A DNA stretch of 64,000 nt from Vulcanimicrobiota bacterium. Its GTDB lineage: Bacteria; Vulcanimicrobiota; Vulcanimicrobiia; Vulcanimicrobiales; Vulcanimicrobiaceae. Each line of letters opens with the position of its first letter. Position 1 is the first letter of the stretch. Under the pieces are notes generated by a model that made no database searches, was not told the DNA's origin, and saw only the letters and a list, made by a program, of their open reading frames with translations. Shown piece after piece: positions 39,818-48,885 of this stretch. The stretch spans positions 1,248,001-1,312,000 of the forward strand of contig OY970223.1 of the NCBI GenBank assembly GCA_963714015.1, in the 5' to 3' direction. A program made the position numbers and the translations under genes.

Positions 39818-41068
39818 CTAGTAGCCTATCGCGGTGCGCTCCAAGGCGTTGATGAGATATTCGGTTTCGCTCATCTGCTCCGACAGATCGTAATCGCGGA
39901 AGACTTCGAGCGCTTCGTTCAGCTTGTTGACGCCGTCGCGCAGCTCCTCGCGCTCGCGCAATCCGTCGGACGCTTTTTGCAGAATCATCGTGCCGTATTT
40001 GAGCGCCGTCTTGGCGTACTCCAAGCGGTTGTCGACCGCGGCCAGTTCGTGCAGCGCGGCCAGAAAGTTGTTCTTGGCCTCGTCGTACCGTCGCCGGCGC
40101 GTCGCCAGCATGCCTTTGAGCACCGCTTCGTACGCGTCGTTCCGGTTGCGCGACGGTGCGAGTGCGCGATCGATCGCTTGGCGCAGCTCCGGATTGTTCT
40201 GCGGCGGCGGTTTGCGCTGTTCGCCCGATTTTTTGGAAGCGGCCGAAGGAGAGAGCAGCACGTTGAGATCGGCGATGTAGTCGCGCGCCGTTTGGTATCG
40301 TTTGCCCGGATCCTTGTCGATGGCGCGCATAATGACGCGTTCGAGCGGTTCGGGGATGTTGCGATTGATCTCGTGCGGGGGCGTAGGCGCGTCGTGCACG
40401 TGTGAAAAGATCGTTGCAACCAAGTCGTCCTTGTCGTTCCGGAACGGCACGGTGCCCGTGAATATTTCGTACATGACGATGCCGACGGAGTAGAGGTCGC
40501 TTCGAACGTCCGCGGGTTTGCTAAGGAAGCGCTCGGGCGCGAGATAGCCGATGGTTCCGACGATCTGACCTGTGCGCGTCGTCTGCGTCATGTCGCTCGT
40601 GCGGCGCGCGAGGCCGAAGTCCATGACTTTGACGTGCTTTCCGTCCTCTATCGTCATGATGTTGGACGGCTTGATGTCGCGATGGATCGTGCTTTCGTTG
40701 TGCGCGTACTCGAGCGCCTCGAGTATGTCGATCAGGTAGGTCAGCGCTTGACGATAGGAGATCGAACCGCCCTCGAGATCCCGCAGGGTCTTGCCCCGCA
40801 CCAACTCCATGATGATGAACGAGATGCCGGATTCTTGTCCGACGTCGAACACCTGAACGATGCGCGGATGGTTGAGCTTGGCCATCGCCTGCGCCTCGCG
40901 CAGGAACCGCTGATTGACGTCGTCGGAACGGTCGATCAGCACCTTGATCGCCACTTCACGCTGGAGGGTGCGGTCCAACGCGCGGTACGTGTCTGCCGTC
41001 CCGCCCCGGCCGATCAGCTCCAGAATCTCGTAACGGCCGCCCAGTGTCCGCCCGATAAACGTGTCCAT
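39818..41068 (-). CDS. Cytoplasmic Hanks-type Ser/Thr kinase with helical/TPR-like tail
   Basis: GRGG, VAIK, HRDIKPSN, DFGLA, GYLAPE, SDLYSVG; no TM segment. Confidence 0.95.
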   Translation of the reverse strand: MDTFIGRTLGGRYEILELIGRGGTADTYRALDRTLQREVAIKVLIDRSDDVNQRFLREAQAMAKLNHPRIVQVFDVGQESGISFIIMELVRGKTLRDLEGGSISYRQALTYLIDILEALEYAHNESTIHRDIKPSNIMTIEDGKHVKVMDFGLARRTSDMTQTTRTGQIVGTIGYLAPERFLSKPADVRSDLYSVGIVMYEIFTGTVPFRNDKDDLVATIFSHVHDAPTPPHEINRNIPEPLERVIMRAIDKDPGKRYQTARDYIADLNVLLSPSAASKKSGEQRKPPPQNNPELRQAIDRALAPSRNRNDAYEAVLKGMLATRRRRYDEAKNNFLAALHELAAVDNRLEYAKTALKYGTMILQKASDGLREREELRDGVNKLNEALEVFRDYDLSEQMSETEYLINALERTAIGY

Positions 41069-41147
41069 CTAAAAGGCGCTCCGCCCGGAAAGGCGCTGCG
41101 GCCTAACCTCCGCCCGGGAGGGCCGCGCGCCGGTCAACAAACCCATG

Positions 41148-41489
41148 TCAAAAAGCATTCCGGTGCAGGGTCATGCGTTCTCCGTCAACTGCCACCACGT
41201 CGAAGCGGACGAGGGCATTCGGAGCGACGATTTGCACGTAATCGGCCGCGAGCCTGCGAAGCGTCGCCCGTTTACGCGCGTCGACTGCGCAGAACGCCGA
41301 GCCGAAGCTGCGCGACGTCCGGCTTTTTACCTCGACGAAGACGATGGTCGAGCCGTCACGGCAGACAAGGTCGACTTCCCCGCCCGGCAGGCGCAGATTG
41401 CGCGTGACGACGTTGTACCCGGCCTCTTCGAGAAAGGCCGCTGCACGGGACTCACCTTGCCGCCCCTTTGCTCCGTTACTGCTGGGCAA
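41148..41489 (-). CDS. yraN: YraN-family endonuclease
   Basis: GRQGE, RNLR..GEVDLV, VFVEVKSR, RFDVV. Confidence 0.9.
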   Translation of the reverse strand: MPSSNGAKGRQGESRAAAFLEEAGYNVVTRNLRLPGGEVDLVCRDGSTIVFVEVKSRTSRSFGSAFCAVDARKRATLRRLAADYVQIVAPNALVRFDVVAVDGERMTLHRNAF

Positions 41490-42210
41490 GCACGCCTTCG
41501 GCGAAAGCCGCCTCGAACGGATTGGGCGCATGCGCCTCCCAGCCGAAGGCGAGCTGCGCTTCGCGCACTCTCCACCAGCCGGACCGGTGGTGGACCGAGG
41601 GGCCGTGTTCCTTGAGCGCGGCGATGTGCTCGGGAGTGGCATATCCCTTATGGTCGGCAAATCCGTAGCGCGGCTCGACTTCGTGCAGTTCGGCGAGCAT
41701 CCGATCGCGATGGACCTTGGCGACGATGGAGGCGGCAGCAATCACCGCGCAGCGCGCATCGCCCTTTATCAGCGGCTCTTGCGGGCCCACGAAGGAGCGA
41801 ATCCTCACCGCGTCCGTGAGGAGGTATTGGGGCCCGACGGAGAGCGCCGCGATAGCGCGCTCCATTGCAAGTACGCTCGCCCAATAGATGTTCAGACGGT
41901 CGATCTCCTCGACGCTCGCTTCGCCGACGGCCCATGCAGCGCACTCTTTTTTGATCTGCTCGGCGATAATCGCGCGCAGCTCCGGCCGGACTTGCTTGGA
42001 ATCGTTGAGCCCGCGGATCATCATCGGATGGGCGCACACGACGCATGCGGCAACCACCGGACCGGCAAGCGGACCGCGTCCGACCTCGTCGACGCCGCCG
42101 ACGAATTGGTATCCCTGCCGGCGAGCTGCTTTTTCGATGGCGTGAATGCGATGGAGACGCCTGCGCTCGCGCTCGTAGGCGTTCTTAGCCTTACGCTGCT
42201 TGGGCGTCAT
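41476..42210 (-). CDS. rnhB: Ribonuclease HII
   Basis: GVDEVGRGPLAGPV, LNDSK, KGDA..IAAASIVAKV.RD, HKGY. Confidence 0.96.
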   Translation of the reverse strand: MTPKQRKAKNAYERERRRLHRIHAIEKAARRQGYQFVGGVDEVGRGPLAGPVVAACVVCAHPMMIRGLNDSKQVRPELRAIIAEQIKKECAAWAVGEASVEEIDRLNIYWASVLAMERAIAALSVGPQYLLTDAVRIRSFVGPQEPLIKGDARCAVIAAASIVAKVHRDRMLAELHEVEPRYGFADHKGYATPEHIAALKEHGPSVHHRSGWWRVREAQLAFGWEAHAPNPFEAAFAEGVLAQQ

Positions 42211-43018
42211 TGGGTGCGCGCTCCAAAGTAATGCGTCCGAATTTGCCTTCGTTGAAATCGCGGATGTACGATTGTGCCGCGTTGTGCATGTCCACTTCTC
42301 CGCCGCGCCGCATGAAGCCGCGCGATTTGGCGAACGTCTCCAAGTCGGGTACTTTCGTTCGCCCCTTCGTAACATCTTTGAGCCAGCGATGAAAACGTGC
42401 CGCAACGTCCTCGGGGTCGTAGCGCTCACGCGGAACGGCGCCGACGATTGCCAACTTCCACTGCGCTTCGGGCGAAGATATTTTCGGCACCAAGATGCCG
42501 GGAGTGTCCATCAGTTCGAGCGCCGGACTGACCCGAAACCATTGCAGCTGACGTGTGACGCCGGCCCGGTCTTCGGTTCGCGCGGCGGAGCGGCGCAGCA
42601 AGCCGTTGATGATCGACGACTTGCCTGAGTTGGGCACACCGACTACCATTACGCGCTGCGTACCGCGAGAACCGAGCGCTAACTGTCCCAAGTAGAACCC
42701 TGCCTTTCCGACGCTGGCCTGCTCTCTTCCGTTTACCGCAATCACGCTGCGCCCGCCGCGCGAAAGGAACTTGAGCCAAGCGGCGGTCTGCAGCGGATCT
42801 GCAAGGTCCTCTCGATTCAGCGCCAGCAAGCGGGGGCGTTTTCCGGCAATGACGTCGAGCATCGGATTCGCACCGATTTGCGGGACGCGCGCGTCCACGA
42901 CTTCAATAACGATGTCGATCAGCTTCATATAGTCGTCGATGCGCCGCATCGCCGTGGCCATATGGCCCGGGTACCACTGCACGACTTGTTCGAATTCGCG
43001 ATCCAATGCCGCGCTCAC
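42191..43018 (-). CDS. rbgA: Ribosome biogenesis GTPase RbgA/YlqF
   Basis: QWYPGHM, EVVDARVP, GVPNSGKSS, AGVTR, DTPGIL. Confidence 0.95.
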   Translation of the reverse strand: MSAALDREFEQVVQWYPGHMATAMRRIDDYMKLIDIVIEVVDARVPQIGANPMLDVIAGKRPRLLALNREDLADPLQTAAWLKFLSRGGRSVIAVNGREQASVGKAGFYLGQLALGSRGTQRVMVVGVPNSGKSSIINGLLRRSAARTEDRAGVTRQLQWFRVSPALELMDTPGILVPKISSPEAQWKLAIVGAVPRERYDPEDVAARFHRWLKDVTKGRTKVPDLETFAKSRGFMRRGGEVDMHNAAQSYIRDFNEGKFGRITLERAPNDAQAA

Positions 43019-43524
43019 AAGGCACCGAGCCGGCCGACAGGCCATATTCCCGCCAGGGCTTTGCCCAGTACCTGGCTCTGCGGCACGAATCCCCACGAAC
43101 GGGAGTCCTCGCTGACTGCGCGATTGTCGCCCAGTACGTACAATTCGCCGGTCGGAACCGTTACTGCCGGAAAACTGCGCTGATCCGCATAAGCAACATA
43201 CGGCTCGTCGAGCGGCAAGCCGTTCACTAACACCCTGCCGCGATCGATTTGCACCCGATCTCCGGGGAGTCCGATAATGCGTTTGATGAATATCTCCGGC
43301 GTAGGATCGTCGTGGTGAAACGCGATGATGTCGCCGCGCACGGGACCATGCAGACGGTAGGCGATTGTATCGATCAGGACGACCTCACCGGAAGCGATGT
43401 GCGGTGCCATCGAGAGACCAGTAACCTGAGGCGTTCGCATAAAAAATGCGAGCGCCAAAGCGGCGAGTACCGCGACCTGCAGCGTAGCGCTGGCGACCGT
43501 TCGCCAATGCAATTGCCGGAGCAC
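43015..43524 (-). CDS. lepB: Signal peptidase I (short copy)
   Basis: GLSMAP (Ser), FIKRIIGLPGD (Lys), GDNR..SEDSR.WG. Confidence 0.9.
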   Translation of the reverse strand: MLRQLHWRTVASATLQVAVLAALALAFFMRTPQVTGLSMAPHIASGEVVLIDTIAYRLHGPVRGDIIAFHHDDPTPEIFIKRIIGLPGDRVQIDRGRVLVNGLPLDEPYVAYADQRSFPAVTVPTGELYVLGDNRAVSEDSRSWGFVPQSQVLGKALAGIWPVGRLGAL

Positions 43525-43542
43525 GGGTTTAGGGCTTCGCGC

Positions 43543-44286
43543 TTATCTCCATAAAATCTTCGCGTGGCTCAGCGGCCAGAATATCAAGAATGCGTGTCCG
43601 GTGAAGTGCCCGGGCTTACCTTGCTCGGGGCCGGCCGCGAAATTGCCCGCGTCCTGCGCGAATCCCCAGATGTGCGAATCCTCCGAATCGTTACGGTTGT
43701 CGCCCATCATGAAGTAGCAATGCTCTGGAATACGATCGGGCGCGCTCCAATCTTTGCGCGGCGGAATGTTCGCGGTAGTCGGATCCAGCGGCTGCAGCCC
43801 GGTGCCGCCCGCATCAACGTAAATATTGTAGTTTTTGATCACCATGTCGTATGCCGGCGCCTCGGCGATATAGGGTTCGGCGAGGGGTTTGCCGTTCAGA
43901 ATCACTCTGCCGTGCCGGATGCTCAGCGTGTCGCCCGGGCGCCCGATGACGCGCTTGATGAAATCATCCGTTGTCGGAATCGGCGGCGGAAAGACGACGA
44001 TGTCGCCCTCGGACGGTTGACGAAAACGATACTCGAATTTGTTCACCAGCAGCACGTCGCCGATCTTCAGCGTCGGAATCATCGAACCGGACGGAATGTA
44101 ATACGTGCGCGCCACGAATGTAATCAGCAGAAACGCGGCGACCCCTGCGTAGATGAACGGATCCAGGTACTCGCGCGCGAAGTTCGTCGACTTTCCCTCC
44201 GATCCGGCGCGAACCGGCTGAAGGGTCAGCACCACCCTCGCGACGAGAAAGACTCCGACGAGTCCCAGCAGTTCAAACGGGGTCAC
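43543..44286 (-). CDS. lepB: Signal peptidase I (long copy)
   Basis: IPSGSMIPTL, FIKRVIGRPGD, GDNRNDSEDSH.WG. Confidence 0.92.
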   Translation of the reverse strand: MTPFELLGLVGVFLVARVVLTLQPVRAGSEGKSTNFAREYLDPFIYAGVAAFLLITFVARTYYIPSGSMIPTLKIGDVLLVNKFEYRFRQPSEGDIVVFPPPIPTTDDFIKRVIGRPGDTLSIRHGRVILNGKPLAEPYIAEAPAYDMVIKNYNIYVDAGGTGLQPLDPTTANIPPRKDWSAPDRIPEHCYFMMGDNRNDSEDSHIWGFAQDAGNFAAGPEQGKPGHFTGHAFLIFWPLSHAKILWR

Positions 44287-44320
44287 GGCGATTGCTCCCA
44301 TAAGGTGCGCGCCTTGCGTT

Positions 44321-45071
44321 TCAGTTCAGCACGCGCAGCCGGTAAAACGGCCACAGTAATAAAAAGGCGCGCCCGGTAAAATGCGCGGTCGTAGCGGTCG
44401 TTGCCAGCGGTCCAGAGGCAAAGCGTCCCTTCAGCTGCGCAAATCCCCATACGTGGGAATCCTCGGAGTCGTTGCGATTGTCGCCCATGACGAAGTAGAA
44501 TCCCCGCGGGATGCGGTTCGGACTCTGCCACTGTGCGCGAGGCGGGATGTCGGCCTGCGACGGATCGAGCGGCGTGAAGCAGCCATCGCCGCTGTCGACG
44601 TAGATACCATAATTTTTGATCGCCAGATTGTAGTCGGGACGCTGTTCGATATACGGTTCATGCTGCGGTTTGCCGTCGACGTACACGATGCCGCTTTGAA
44701 TGCGCAGCGGTATCCCCCGGCACGGCGATGACGCGTTTGACGAATTGGCTGCCCGATTGGATCGGAGGACGAAAAACCACGATGTCGCCGCGATGCGGCG
44801 GAAAGAACCGGTAAGCGAACTCGTTGACGAGCAAGACGTCACGCTGCTGCAGCGTGGGAATCATCGAACCGGACGGAATGTAGAAGGTACGCACGACGAA
44901 CGTGATCAGAAACAGCGCAGCCAAACCTGCTGCGATGAAGACGTCCACGTATTCGCGAAATACCCCGCTCCCATGCGCCGCGCGGCTTCCGGCGGGCGCC
45001 GGTTTGAGAGTGAGCGCGATTCGGACTGCGGTAAGGGCGCCGAGCAGTCCGATTAACTGCAGCGGAGACAG
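44321..45071 (-). CDS. lepB: Signal peptidase I (long copy; frameshift near 44709; possible CTG start)
   Basis: IPSGSMIPTL, FVKRVIAVPGD, GDNRNDSEDSH.WG; N-terminus LSPLQLIG aligns with VTPFELLG of neighbour. Confidence 0.85.
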
Positions 45072-45086
45072 GGTGAGAACTGCGAG

Positions 45087-45434
45087 CTAGCGGGATTTTT
45101 TCTCTTTGATGCGCGCGGCTTTGCCGACTCTCTCGGTGAGGTAGTAGAGCCGGCTGCGGCGCACGATGCCGCGCTTGGAAACCTCGATGCGATCCAGGCG
45201 CGGGCTGTGCAGCAAAAACGTCTTCTCGACGCCGACTCCGTGCGCGACGCGGCGGACCGTGATCGACTCGTGCGCGCCGCCGCCCTTGCGAACGGTGACC
45301 ACGCCTTCGAACATCTGGACGCGCTCTTTACCGCCTTCGACGACTTTGGAGTACACCTTGACCGTGTCGCCCGGACGGAACTCGGGGACGTTGTCCTTGC
45401 GCTGCTCGTGGTTCAAGACATCGATGACGTTCAT
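45087..45434 (-). CDS. rplS: 50S ribosomal protein L19
   Basis: [35 protein letters not shown]. Confidence 0.98.
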   Translation of the reverse strand: MNVIDVLNHEQRKDNVPEFRPGDTVKVYSKVVEGGKERVQMFEGVVTVRKGGGAHESITVRRVAHGVGVEKTFLLHSPRLDRIEVSKRGIVRRSRLYYLTERVGKAARIKEKKSR

Positions 45435-45504
45435 GACTGCAATTCTCTTCTACACTGCGCTAAATCAAAGAAGGCCGGTGGGGGGTGCCCACGGCAACCT
45501 TGCG

Positions 45505-45533
45505 ATTCTAGCACGTCGTCCGGTGAGCCGCAA
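45505..45533 (-). promoter_or_regulatory. Sigma70 promoter for rplS
   Basis: TTGCGG-N17-TAGAAT. Confidence 0.65.
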
Positions 45534-45541
45534 GGACGCTT

Positions 45542-46237
45542 CTAGTCGTCCGGTTTGCCCTTGAGGTCGGGCCGGCGAGCGCGGGTGCGTTCGCGTGACT
45601 GCTCCCGCCGCCAAGCGGCAATCGCCGCATGGTTCCCCGAGAGCAGCACTTCCGGCACCGAAACACCGCGAAACATCGCAGGCCGGGTGTAGCTCGGGTA
45701 GTCGAGGGCTCCGTCGTTGAAAGATTCGGCCGCAAGCGATTCGGTTCGGACAACGCCGCCGAGCAGGCGCACGGTCGCATCGATCATCGCCAGCGCCGGC
45801 AGCTCGCCGCCCGTCAGCACGAAGTCGCCCAGCGAGTACTCTTCGATAGGATAGAGGGCCGCGAGCCGCTCGTCGATTCCTTCGTAGTGTCCGCAGATGA
45901 AGATCAGCCGGTCGAAGCCCTCGGCAAAGCGCCTTGCATCGGCTTGCGAGAACGGTTTCCCCCCCGGGGAGGGCACCACGATCGCTCGGCGTTCACCGGC
46001 CGCCGCCTCTGCCAAAACGGCGTCCATAATGCGAGCCAGGGGCTCGATCCGCAGCACCATGCCCGGGCCGCCGCCAAACGGCACGTCGTCCGCGCGCTCG
46101 CCGCCGGAGAGCGCGTCGAGCACGTGATGGTAGCGGACGTCGACCATTCCCGCTTCGACCGCGCGCCCCACGATTGAGAGCCCGACGAAAGGCGCAAACA
46201 CCTCCGGGAAGAGCGTTAGGACGTCAATCGTGAACAT
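45542..46237 (-). CDS. trmD: tRNA (guanine37-N1)-methyltransferase
   Basis: DVLTLFPE, DD.PFGGGPGMV, CGHYEGIDER, SLGDFVLTGGE, YTRP, VLLSGNH. Confidence 0.97.
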   Translation of the reverse strand: MFTIDVLTLFPEVFAPFVGLSIVGRAVEAGMVDVRYHHVLDALSGGERADDVPFGGGPGMVLRIEPLARIMDAVLAEAAAGERRAIVVPSPGGKPFSQADARRFAEGFDRLIFICGHYEGIDERLAALYPIEEYSLGDFVLTGGELPALAMIDATVRLLGGVVRTESLAAESFNDGALDYPSYTRPAMFRGVSVPEVLLSGNHAAIAAWRREQSRERTRARRPDLKGKPDD

Positions 46238-46247
46238 AGCCGCCGAA

Positions 46248-46724
46248 GTGTTCAACTTACGCAACGTTCTGGCTCTTTTGACCTCGCCGCGCACTCCCTA
46301 CGACGCTGCTCTGCGAGATCTCGCTCACGGCAAACCGGCGGAGGCGCTGGACGCTCTCGACCGTTTGCTCGCGCTCGAGACCGACACGCAGCAGCGCGCA
46401 GCGATTGCGAATAAACGCGGCGTCGCCCTGGTCGCATTGGAACAGCGCGATCGCGCTCGGATCGCGTTTGAAGATGCTGTGGGAATCTCGCCCGAGTTTG
46501 CGCCGGCGCTGGTGAACCTCGGCAATTTGGAGTTCGAATCCGAGCGGTTTGAAGCGGCCGCAGCGTTTTACGAACGCGCGCTTCAAAGCGATCGCGAACT
46601 GGCCTCGGCGCATCGCCACTTGGGGCTGGTCTACCGGCGAATGGGCCGGCAAAGCGAAGCCATGCGTTTGCTCAGCCGCGCCCGGCGGCTGGAGGGGCGC
46701 GCAAACACTAAGCCAAGAAAATAG
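46248..46724 (+). CDS. Tetratricopeptide repeat protein
   Basis: NKRGVAL, ALVNLGNL, AHRHLGLVY TPR units. Confidence 0.8.
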   Translation: MFNLRNVLALLTSPRTPYDAALRDLAHGKPAEALDALDRLLALETDTQQRAAIANKRGVALVALEQRDRARIAFEDAVGISPEFAPALVNLGNLEFESERFEAAAAFYERALQSDRELASAHRHLGLVYRRMGRQSEAMRLLSRARRLEGRANTKPRK

Positions 46725-46728
46725 AGAT

Positions 46729-47214
46729 ATGCCGGAATCCGATCACATTGCGCTTTCCGACGAGTTGCTTGCGCTCATGCGGGCCGCTGCCCAGAAGGCG
46801 CTGGATCTTCACGAGACGTTCGTAACGCCGCGCGCGCTGCTGCTCGCAATGCTCGACGAGCCTTCGATCGGGCCAAGAATTGCGGGAGTCGTTAACCGCC
46901 GGAAACTGCTCGATGCCGCAGCCGCCGGCACGGATGCGGTGCGTCTGGAAGACGACGTTTTGCCCTCGACGGGAGATCCGGCTCTGGCGCGCTACGATAC
47001 GCTGGCGTTCAAAACGCCGGATAGCGGTTCGAGCGTTTGGCTCGATCCCCAGACGTATCAGATTCTTCAAGAAGGCGCGCGGCGCGTCGACGACCGGTAT
47101 CTTCCGAAACACGCGGCGCTGGGGATGGCGGCCGAAGCAGTGCATGCTCCGGGCGAACTTGCAGCACTTGGAGTCGACGCGGGCGCGCTGGCCGAAGCGC
47201 TCTATAAGCTTTGA
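46729..47214 (+). CDS. Stand-alone Clp N-terminal-domain-like protein
   Basis: AAQKALDLHETFVTPRALLLAML and a second repeat YLPKHAALGM..LAALGVD; no AAA domain. Confidence 0.6.
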   Translation: MPESDHIALSDELLALMRAAAQKALDLHETFVTPRALLLAMLDEPSIGPRIAGVVNRRKLLDAAAAGTDAVRLEDDVLPSTGDPALARYDTLAFKTPDSGSSVWLDPQTYQILQEGARRVDDRYLPKHAALGMAAEAVHAPGELAALGVDAGALAEALYKL

Positions 47215-47257
47215 CCAATCGCCGCGATTCCGTCCGGCGGCAGCGCAGCCGTAGACG

Positions 47258-47725
47258 TTATTTAACGAGATCCGCGGACGTGATCTCTTCCAAATATTCG
47301 AAGAGCTGCGGCAGCGTGATCTTTTCGAGCGCCGTGCGCTGCAGCATACCGTCACCGTCTTCGCCTTCATCGCGCAAATAGCAGCGCGACTCGACGCCGC
47401 TCTCGCTGTCGCTGATGAAAGAGACGGCAAAACCTTTTCCCGGCATCTCGTCGTAAATGCGCATCGTCGCGGGATTGAGAATCTCGATCGAGTGGCTTTG
47501 GTGATTCGCATCGAAGATCGTGATCGTCAAGTAGTCGCGGTTTACGACCTCGATCGAACCGACGACGAAGACGTTCTTGGCCGAAAAAAACTCGTGTCCA
47601 CGTTTGTTGCGGCTCGAGACCTCATAGAAGACGCGATGCGCGACGAACCGGTTCAGAATTTTCCGAAGGGTCGCGAGGGACGCGAGCGTCTCAGTGCGGT
47701 TGCCTCGCGTGTAGATGATCTTCAC
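47258..47725 (-). CDS. Hypothetical protein
   Basis: Globular composition, GC3-biased codons from GTG 47725. Confidence 0.65.
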   Translation of the reverse strand: MKIIYTRGNRTETLASLATLRKILNRFVAHRVFYEVSSRNKRGHEFFSAKNVFVVGSIEVVNRDYLTITIFDANHQSHSIEILNPATMRIYDEMPGKGFAVSFISDSESGVESRCYLRDEGEDGDGMLQRTALEKITLPQLFEYLEEITSADLVK

Positions 47726-47792
47726 GAGCCGCCAAACTTTGCACGGGGCCGGAGGAGGGCCCTGCCGCCGAGCGGCTGGAAAATCCTCGATC

Positions 47793-48017
47793 GTGCTTTC
47801 CATTCCGGATATGGCCATTCTGGGCGTTCTCGCGCTGCTCGTTTTCGGCGAGGAACGCCTCCCGGGCATCATGCGCCAAGCCGGCCGCATCATGCGCGAA
47901 GTGCAGAACACCTCGCATTCGTTCATTCGGGAGATGGAGCGCGCCGCCGACGTCAATGAACCGGTTGCGCCGCCGCCGGAGCCGCCAGACGACGCCAAAG
48001 GCGAAGAACCGCACTGA
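47793..48017 (+). CDS. Twin-arginine translocase TatA/TatB-family subunit
   Basis: TM helix, LLVFGEERLP, amphipathic helix, acidic Pro-rich tail. Confidence 0.85.
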   Translation: MLSIPDMAILGVLALLVFGEERLPGIMRQAGRIMREVQNTSHSFIREMERAADVNEPVAPPPEPPDDAKGEEPH

Positions 48018-48456
48018 CGTACGCTTGCGTTTCCGGATATGGTGGGATGCCTCCATATCGCTGCACGGCTCCCTCGCCGGCATTGTACGCAGCAAGCGTC
48101 AAAGCATACTGCTCCCGCATCCCGTAAGCCGAATACCGATCGAGCAAATAATGCAGATGCGCGGCGACGCCGTGAATGTTCGCCGATGGATCCGCCGCAT
48201 CGACCCCCAAATTCCGCGCGGTCCCAGGCATAAGTTGCCCTAGTCCGACGGCGCCTGCGGGAGAAACTGCGCCGGGGCGCCAGTCGGATTCGACCGCAAT
48301 GAGCGCGACCATCAGCCGAGCATCCAGACCTTGCGCGTCCGCTTCGTCGATCACTGTTTGCGCAAGACGGATGGACTGGGCAGTCGGAAGATGCGGGTTG
48401 AAAGCGCAGAGGGCGCGAGCGTAGAGCAGTACGATCGACGTGAGCAGCAGATGCAC
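47953..48456 (-). CDS. Lytic transglycosylase (SLT domain)
   Basis: AVESD, SPAGAVGLGQLMPGTA, AAYNAG, PPYPETQAYV. Confidence 0.9.
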   Translation of the reverse strand: MHLLLTSIVLLYARALCAFNPHLPTAQSIRLAQTVIDEADAQGLDARLMVALIAVESDWRPGAVSPAGAVGLGQLMPGTARNLGVDAADPSANIHGVAAHLHYLLDRYSAYGMREQYALTLAAYNAGEGAVQRYGGIPPYPETQAYVSAVLRLWRRLAAPAAAQPVH

Positions 48457-48482
48457 GAATCCTGTAGTGCCCGCGCGCAACG

Positions 48483-48510
48483 AAAAAAGGCCCCGAACTG
48501 CGAGGCCTCT
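48483..48510 (-). terminator. Intrinsic terminator
   Basis: AGGCCTCG-CAGTT-CGGGGCCT followed by T-run on minus strand. Confidence 0.7.
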
Positions 48511-48529
48511 TCGATAACCGCTATAACCG

Positions 48530-48820
48530 TCAGATGTTGAAGTTCTGGCGCAGTTCGTTGATTCGCTGCTGCAGCATCTGTTTGGCTTGGCTCTGCAGCC
48601 GTTCTTTTTGATCTTCCGGAAGCCGCTGATACACGAGGTATCCCGCGGCGGAGAGCAATCCGCCGAGAACGCCGACGAGCAATGCCTTGCCCGCTTCGTT
48701 GCCGCCGCTGTTCTCCGTGTTCTCGTAACTCACGCTTGCATTCTCCGCGTATGTGCCCTTATAGCCGTTGCTTCCCGACCATTGTTGCTCCGGGGGCGTA
48801 GACCGGAACGTCTCTGACAT
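48530..48820 (-). CDS. Hypothetical single-TM protein (YtxH-like)
   Basis: AGGAGG RBS; LLVGVLGGLLSAAGYLVY then coiled coil. Confidence 0.75.
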   Translation of the reverse strand: MSETFRSTPPEQQWSGSNGYKGTYAENASVSYENTENSGGNEAGKALLVGVLGGLLSAAGYLVYQRLPEDQKERLQSQAKQMLQQRINELRQNFNI

Positions 48821-48885
48821 ACTGTTGCCTCCTACCGCTTGCGACTTCGTGCCCAGCCGTATCATACCCGGCTGAAGCGGCGTGG

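Noticed and set aside
41070..41120. Short direct repeats (AAAGGCGCT x2, CTCCGCCCGG x2) upstream of the kinase
   Set aside because: Short, GC-rich and irregularly spaced; cannot be told from chance or a small duplication
45071..45434. L19-LepB readthrough fusion
   Set aside because: In frame across the TAG, but biologically implausible; a CTG start or base error is simpler
47953..48017. 65-bp convergent overlap of tatA/B and the transglycosylase as antisense regulation
   Set aside because: Both tails are low-complexity; such overlaps are common and an indel could have extended one
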